Shown: positions 59,288-64,000 of the stretch, in pieces
How positions within the stretch are numbered: the stretch's first letter is position 1
Layout of the letters: every line of letters begins with the position of its first letter
Source: an uncultured Aestuariivirga sp.
GTDB lineage: Bacteria > Pseudomonadota > Alphaproteobacteria > Rhizobiales > Aestuariivirgaceae
Length of the DNA: 64,000 nt
Reading direction: 5' to 3'
Assembly: GCA_964408555.1 (NCBI GenBank)
Contig: CAYOZR010000001.1
Coordinates: 1,416-65,415 of the forward strand
Position numbers and translations under genes: made by a program
The notes under the pieces: model-generated
Database searches by the model: none
What the model saw: the letters and a program-made list of their open reading frames with translations, nothing else
What the model was told of the DNA's origin: nothing

Positions 59288-59899
59288 TCAGACCCGGACC
59301 ACGAGTGTTTCTGCCTCCAGAATCCTGAGGTCTGACGTCCACCCCGTGCGAACCAACGCCGCGCCAAGAAGATTCAGGCAGGGTTCCGGCGAGAGCTTCT
59401 GGAAGTCCGGGAGGTTGACACAGGCACGCTTGAAGGCCCTCGCAGCGATGAGGGCATCGGCTTCATGACTATCGCCCTTGTCCTTGCCACTCACGAATGC
59501 TTCCCAAAGAAAAAGTTCGCCGGGCCTACTTGGCGGTTTCTTGAAATCGAGTGAAGCCACCGCAAACGGCGCAGCCTTACGAATCCCCGACAAAATGCGG
59601 GGAATGACAACCAAGCCGGTTGCAAGTACGCCCGCGCCAGCTCCCGCACTCCAAGAGCGTGTTCCTTCGCCGGCTCGGGCTTTGGTCAAGGTCATCACGT
59701 CGGCCCGCATGGGCACCCACAGCGGGGCCTCAAAGCCCAACGATACCGGGCCAAGGGTCAGCGCCTTCGCAACGATCTCGATGAGTTCTGGAATGCTGCT
59801 TCCTGTCCTTGGCTCAGGCAATGCAGCCCACCCAAACCTTCCAGCCATCGGAGAACCGATATCGACAGCGGCGATGAGGATTGGATTGAATTCAGTCAT
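59288..59899 (-). CDS. Hypothetical protein, DUF429-like RNase H fold
   Basis: AAVDIG..FGWA, LGFEAPLWVP, WEAFVSG, HEADA acidic motif pattern. Confidence 0.55.
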   Translation of the reverse strand: MTEFNPILIAAVDIGSPMAGRFGWAALPEPRTGSSIPELIEIVAKALTLGPVSLGFEAPLWVPMRADVMTLTKARAGEGTRSWSAGAGAGVLATGLVVIPRILSGIRKAAPFAVASLDFKKPPSRPGELFLWEAFVSGKDKGDSHEADALIAARAFKRACVNLPDFQKLSPEPCLNLLGAALVRTGWTSDLRILEAETLVVRV

Positions 59900-60128
59900 G
59901 ATTCGACACGAAGAATTTGGCGCCTCATGCGATCAACTTCAATTCCCGAACGCTGCGGCCATGCCTGTGATCGGCAGTGGGACTCCCAATTTGGTGACGC
60001 GTCGTTCGCACTAGATGCTCCTGGCCTGAAATTCTCAATGTCCCCCCCGGCATTGACAGCTTGCACGAGTTGAATGGACAGTATCTCAATCGATGATAAT
60101 GTCTCGTGTCATCGGTTTAGGAGGTCTC

Positions 60129-60419
60129 ATGACCCAGGTCGATTGGGATAACATCCGCCGACATAAATGGGCGCCGGGTACTCCGCCCAGTGATTGGCCC
60201 CAGGACGTTCGGCCCATCTCGCTCGAAGGTCTGTCCTTGTTCGGAATGACGCCAAACGACGGCAAGCTTTATTGGGATGGCAAGGAAGTCGTCGTCCGCT
60301 CCCGGTTTCGCCTCCGTGGGATTGAACTCTTCCTCGCCGCTATCGCTACAATTGGCGCACTCATGCAGGGTGTCGCGACCTTCGAGCCGTGGTTCAGCAA
60401 ATTGACCGGATGGTGGTGA
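60129..60419 (+). CDS. Small hypothetical membrane protein
   Basis: AGGAGG SD; KLYWDG motif followed by a C-terminal hydrophobic helix. Confidence 0.65.
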   Translation: MTQVDWDNIRRHKWAPGTPPSDWPQDVRPISLEGLSLFGMTPNDGKLYWDGKEVVVRSRFRLRGIELFLAAIATIGALMQGVATFEPWFSKLTGWW

Positions 60420-60739
60420 CACGAACAGCTGCAGCCCAAAACGCCCCAAGGCGAAAGAGTAGAAAGACCACATCTCGCCCCAAGGCCCCTCATGGGTCGA
60501 GGGTCTGGGCCTCAGCCGACACTCCAATTGAATCTCTTGCCGACTCGATCCCTAGCCGTGTCGAGCCCAAGTTGTGATGAAGTACAACTCAAACCGGGTT
60601 ATGACCATTCCAAGCTAAAGCTTCGCTAAAGAATCCGCATTGGAATTGAAAGCGGTCATCATTCCATCGCCTGGTTTATGTCCGGGATGGGCCAAATACT
60701 GCTGTTTGATTACACCACTCGACTGGTGAAAGCGCTCCC

Positions 60740-61789
60740 TCAATCGAGCGGTGGGTCTCTATCCTCCACCAGCTTTTCAAACTCCTGACCGTAGAAGGCG
60801 CACCTTGCGCGATTGTAGTGGTCCTGGGTTGTCTTCCGGCCACGGTGATTGAGGAGCGCTGACGCGAGATTCGGCATGCCTCCGGCAAACATGTAGGCCG
60901 TTGAGGCGCCGCTATCCCGGAACAGATGGGGCGAGATGGGAATGCCGAGCGTCAGACGGGTAGTCTCGGTGACGATGCGCTCCACCGCCGAGTAACCAAG
61001 GGGCTTGCCATAACGACCCGCCCAGAGTGCCGGGCCGGGGCAGTTGAAGACCGGACGGTAGGTCCGAAGATAGCAGTCGATGAAGGGCGTGAGAAATGGC
61101 GGTACGGGGCGCTCGTCGGGGCGGCGCTCCTTGGTCTCTTGGGCACTCAGTGCAGTGCACCAGTTGCCGCCGAGGCGAATGAAGTTCCGGTCGGGAGTGA
61201 GGCTCGAGAAGTTCTTGAGGCGGATGGGGCACAGGCCGAGGAGCGCGATCATGAGACCGTTGCGGTAGTGTTGGGCCTGGCTGAGCGGTGTTATTACCTC
61301 TGCGGTCTCGGCCTCCTGCATGAGGGTGAGGCCTGCAAGGACAACCCGATCGCTGTCGACAATGCGGTGGAATTTGGAGGCTGGCTTCATTTCAAGGGCG
61401 AGGTCGTTCTCGATGTCCCTGAGCCAGCCTAAGTCGAGGGCCGGATCGAGAAGTTCTGCGGCACGGCGGAGTTTGGCAATGGAGCCGTGCAATGTCACTG
61501 AGGAGACGCGAGCCTGAAGTTCGGCCACATATGTCTCAACCAGGCCCGGGATGACGGTCGCGGCTGCGCGGCTCTGGAGATCGAGCCCCGCGGTGCGGGC
61601 GACATGATCGAGAAACTGGCCATAGCGTCGGGCAAGATCATTGCGGGTGACAGGCTTGAGATGGGAGACCCTGCCACCGCGGGTGAGCCTGCCACCGGGG
61701 CGGCAGGCCTCGGCCCAGGCTGCCTGGTCGGTCTGTGGCCACTCATGCGGCTTCAGGCTGCGGATGACCACGGGAGCTTTGGTGCCCAT
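60740..61789 (-). CDS. Tyrosine recombinase (smaller partner)
   Basis: PIRLKNF (R), ETK (K), PHLFRD, LLNH, TTQDHY. Confidence 0.88.
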   Translation of the reverse strand: MGTKAPVVIRSLKPHEWPQTDQAAWAEACRPGGRLTRGGRVSHLKPVTRNDLARRYGQFLDHVARTAGLDLQSRAAATVIPGLVETYVAELQARVSSVTLHGSIAKLRRAAELLDPALDLGWLRDIENDLALEMKPASKFHRIVDSDRVVLAGLTLMQEAETAEVITPLSQAQHYRNGLMIALLGLCPIRLKNFSSLTPDRNFIRLGGNWCTALSAQETKERRPDERPVPPFLTPFIDCYLRTYRPVFNCPGPALWAGRYGKPLGYSAVERIVTETTRLTLGIPISPHLFRDSGASTAYMFAGGMPNLASALLNHRGRKTTQDHYNRARCAFYGQEFEKLVEDRDPPLD

Positions 61790-61790
61790 G

Positions 61791-63590
61791 TCAGGAACTC
61801 CGGACCGGCGTGGTTTTCGTAATCCGGGTGGGCCGCTTGGACTTGGTCGGACTCTTCGTCTTCTGGTTATTGCCCTTTGGGTCGATCATCCGTTCCTCCA
61901 CCATGGCGCCGAACACTTCGGTCGCCCTGAAAGACTCCAGCGAGCTGTAGAACCGGATCGTGGTTTCGATATTGATGTGACCGAGGATCCGGCGAGCCCA
62001 CTCGTAATCGCCGGGTTTTGCCTTGAGAATCATTGCCACCGCCGCATGCCGGAACTGGTGTGCAGTGACCCTGAGCCCCACCTCCCGCTCCACCCGCTCG
62101 GCGATTGACACGCTGGCATGGCTGGATGACCGGTGTTTGCCGTTCGCTCCAGGGAACAACCAGTCGCCCCGATGTCCATCGCCGAGATGCGGGCGGAACT
62201 CGTGGATGAACCGGTCGATCATCTCGGTGGTCCTTGCGCTCAAGGGAAAGTCGAGGTCCACACGATTCTTGACGTCGTAGTTGGGAAAGCGCAGGCGGTA
62301 ATTGCTGTCGCTGTCGCCGGTACGGGTCAGATTATGGCCAAACCTGATCGACAGGAGATTACCCACCCGCAGCGGCGCGCGGGTGAGGATCTGGATCTGC
62401 GCAGCAAGAGCGGCAAGCGCCGCAGCCTTCGCTGGTGACCAGTTCAGCATGCGCTGGGCCTCGGCCATCAGTTTTTCCGGCAGTTCAATCACCCTGAACC
62501 AGATGTCCGTCATGATGACGGCGCGGATCACCTTCAGATTCTTCTCGGTGAGGACGGGACCGCGCTCGTCCTCGAGCCTGGCCCGGATATCGTCGAGATG
62601 GGCGATGCTGCCTGCCGGGGCCTTTATGATCTTGGCGATGGACATGAGCTTCCATGCGAGGTCGATCGTGTAGCCCTTCGGTCGCTCGCCATTGCGGTCG
62701 AGGTAGGCCTCGAGCGCCGGTGCGACCACATCGGGGGCCAGCAAAGCTTGCAGGGAAGTCAGGGATTCGATCGGTGTTCCGGCAGCAATGGCGGTGCGCG
62801 CGAAGGCGACAATTTCCCGGCGCCGGGTTTCAAGCGTTGATTTCTTGCAGGCCCGGCGGCGGCGGCCACTGGCGGAACGGTGGGTCTTCGCCAGATCGGC
62901 AAGATAGGTGTCGATGTCAACACGCAGTCCTTCCGGGAACTCGCCCCAGTCCGGACCCGAGGAAGCCTGCGGCAAGTTGGGCAGTTTCAGCTGACTCTGC
63001 GGCCAGCCCGAGACCCGCTCCACGCAGAGATTCCAGGCCTTCATGAGTTCACGGGTGCGGGCCAGGCCGGAGCGGAGGAAACCGGTGCAATCGCGAAAGG
63101 CAAAGTAATCGGCAACGAGTTCCTCGGTCACGGCCACCGGCGGCAAATCGCGGGCGCTGCAATAGCGGGCAAGGCCGCTCAGCAGCAGGCGGGGCTTCAC
63201 TTCCCCAATCTCGCCCATCAGCTGTTGCCAGACGAGTATCAGCGGCACACCCCGGCTCGGGACGTTTTTCACCTTCATGAAGTGATTGATCGCCGCCCTA
63301 AAATTTGCCTTATGGTTCGAGAGCGTCTTCTGCTCCCAGCCCAGGGCAGCCGCATTCAAGCGGTTCACAGGATGGCGCAGAGCCGTCAGGCGGCACGGCA
63401 ACGACTCAGGTGGCCGGCCAATGGCCGCGGCAATGCTGCGCATCGACGTTAACCAATGGCGGCGCTTCGGGGTGGGAATGGTTGGATCGTTGGCGATGGC
63501 CGCCATGGCATCGGCCAGGGATGGCTCTCCAATCAGCACCGGCCCGGTCGTGGGGGTGAAGTCATCGGGTTTGCGGCTCAGGTCGTTCAT
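61791..63590 (-). CDS. Tyrosine recombinase with long N-terminal extension
   Basis: PLRVGNL (R), VKN (K), AHQFRH, ILGH, TTIRFY; GGAG SD. Confidence 0.88.
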   Translation of the reverse strand: MNDLSRKPDDFTPTTGPVLIGEPSLADAMAAIANDPTIPTPKRRHWLTSMRSIAAAIGRPPESLPCRLTALRHPVNRLNAAALGWEQKTLSNHKANFRAAINHFMKVKNVPSRGVPLILVWQQLMGEIGEVKPRLLLSGLARYCSARDLPPVAVTEELVADYFAFRDCTGFLRSGLARTRELMKAWNLCVERVSGWPQSQLKLPNLPQASSGPDWGEFPEGLRVDIDTYLADLAKTHRSASGRRRRACKKSTLETRRREIVAFARTAIAAGTPIESLTSLQALLAPDVVAPALEAYLDRNGERPKGYTIDLAWKLMSIAKIIKAPAGSIAHLDDIRARLEDERGPVLTEKNLKVIRAVIMTDIWFRVIELPEKLMAEAQRMLNWSPAKAAALAALAAQIQILTRAPLRVGNLLSIRFGHNLTRTGDSDSNYRLRFPNYDVKNRVDLDFPLSARTTEMIDRFIHEFRPHLGDGHRGDWLFPGANGKHRSSSHASVSIAERVEREVGLRVTAHQFRHAAVAMILKAKPGDYEWARRILGHINIETTIRFYSSLESFRATEVFGAMVEERMIDPKGNNQKTKSPTKSKRPTRITKTTPVRSS

Positions 63591-63776
63591 CAGCGTTCTC
63601 CGTTAGGACGAAGCGGGCTTGCAGGTCGTTTCCGGATGTCGCAGGGCGTAGTATAACCATAGACATTAGGAATACGCTAGCAGTATATTGGGTTTCAATA
63701 CTCACAGACATAATCCTAATCTTGCAATGAATTGTAATACAGACAAGTACAATGATGTATACCGTATCAGTAATGC

Positions 63777-64000
63777 CTACTCCGATGTCGACTGGCGCCG
63801 ATTGTTCTGCAGGAACTCATCGAGGTCCCCAGAATCGTAAACAACCCGGTTACCGATTGCAATAAAAGGCGGGCCAAGGCCGGAAAGGCGCGACTTGTCC
63901 AACCAGGACAGGCTGACACCGAGATGTTCGGCCGCTTGCTTTCTGTGCAGGCGCTTGGAAAAAGGTTTGGGAATCGGTGCGGCGTACCGCTGAGGCTGGG
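63777..64000 (-). CDS. AlpA/excisionase-like HTH protein (5' end outside window)
   Basis: Manual translation RKQAAEHLGVSLSWLDKSRLSGLGPPFIAIGNRVVYDSGDLDEFL...STSE*. Confidence 0.8.
   Translation of the reverse strand, partial: QPQRYAAPIPKPFSKRLHRKQAAEHLGVSLSWLDKSRLSGLGPPFIAIGNRVVYDSGDLDEFLQNNRRQSTSE

Larger units (their letters stand above)
24940..64000. mobile_element. Mosaic genomic island (continues beyond the window; left boundary approximate)
   Basis: Composition shift after kdsD, integrase remnant, two IS elements, catabolic cargo, RM/defence genes, tandem recombinases, excisionase-like gene. Confidence 0.7.

Noticed and set aside
1-64000. CRISPR array, rRNA or complete tRNA
   Set aside because: No regularly spaced repeat-spacer array, cas gene or cloverleaf was found by eye

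Overview
The window comes from a GC-rich alphaproteobacterial (Rhizobiales-like) chromosome and has two parts. About 1-24.7 kb is mostly core/semi-core: an arsR-arsC-acr3 operon, a Zur-controlled znuA-DUF1007-NiCoT operon, ccdA, a Co-type nitrile hydratase operon with two tandem beta subunits, a haloacid dehalogenase, a lower-GC GAF-PAS-PAS-GGDEF-EAL insertion, PuuD-like/SDR/acyl-CoA dehydrogenase genes, chrB (frameshifted)-chrA, a fused indolepyruvate:ferredoxin oxidoreductase, an arginase-family gene, an orphan histidine kinase, hemH, an nfeD remnant and kdsD/kpsF. From about 24.9 kb to the end is a mosaic genomic island: a decayed tyrosine integrase, an amidase plus polyamine-type ABC transporter, an ISL3 element, and an unassigned catabolic cluster (GlxA-family regulator, sugar ABC, ALDH, two cytoplasmic BNR/sialidase-like proteins, DHDPS-family, 2-hydroxyacid dehydrogenase, enolase-superfamily). 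It continues with a complete 3.4-kb IS1-like cargo transposon (23-bp IRs, 8-bp TSD) carrying a membrane-anchored dUTPase/Dcd-fold gene, a P63C gene and two small genes, then a co-directional defence cluster (DUF429-like, type I RM, HNH, HEPN-like DUF3644), tandem tyrosine recombinases and an excisionase-like HTH gene. All calls come from motif recognition by eye; no database searches were run. No CRISPR array, tRNA or rRNA was seen.
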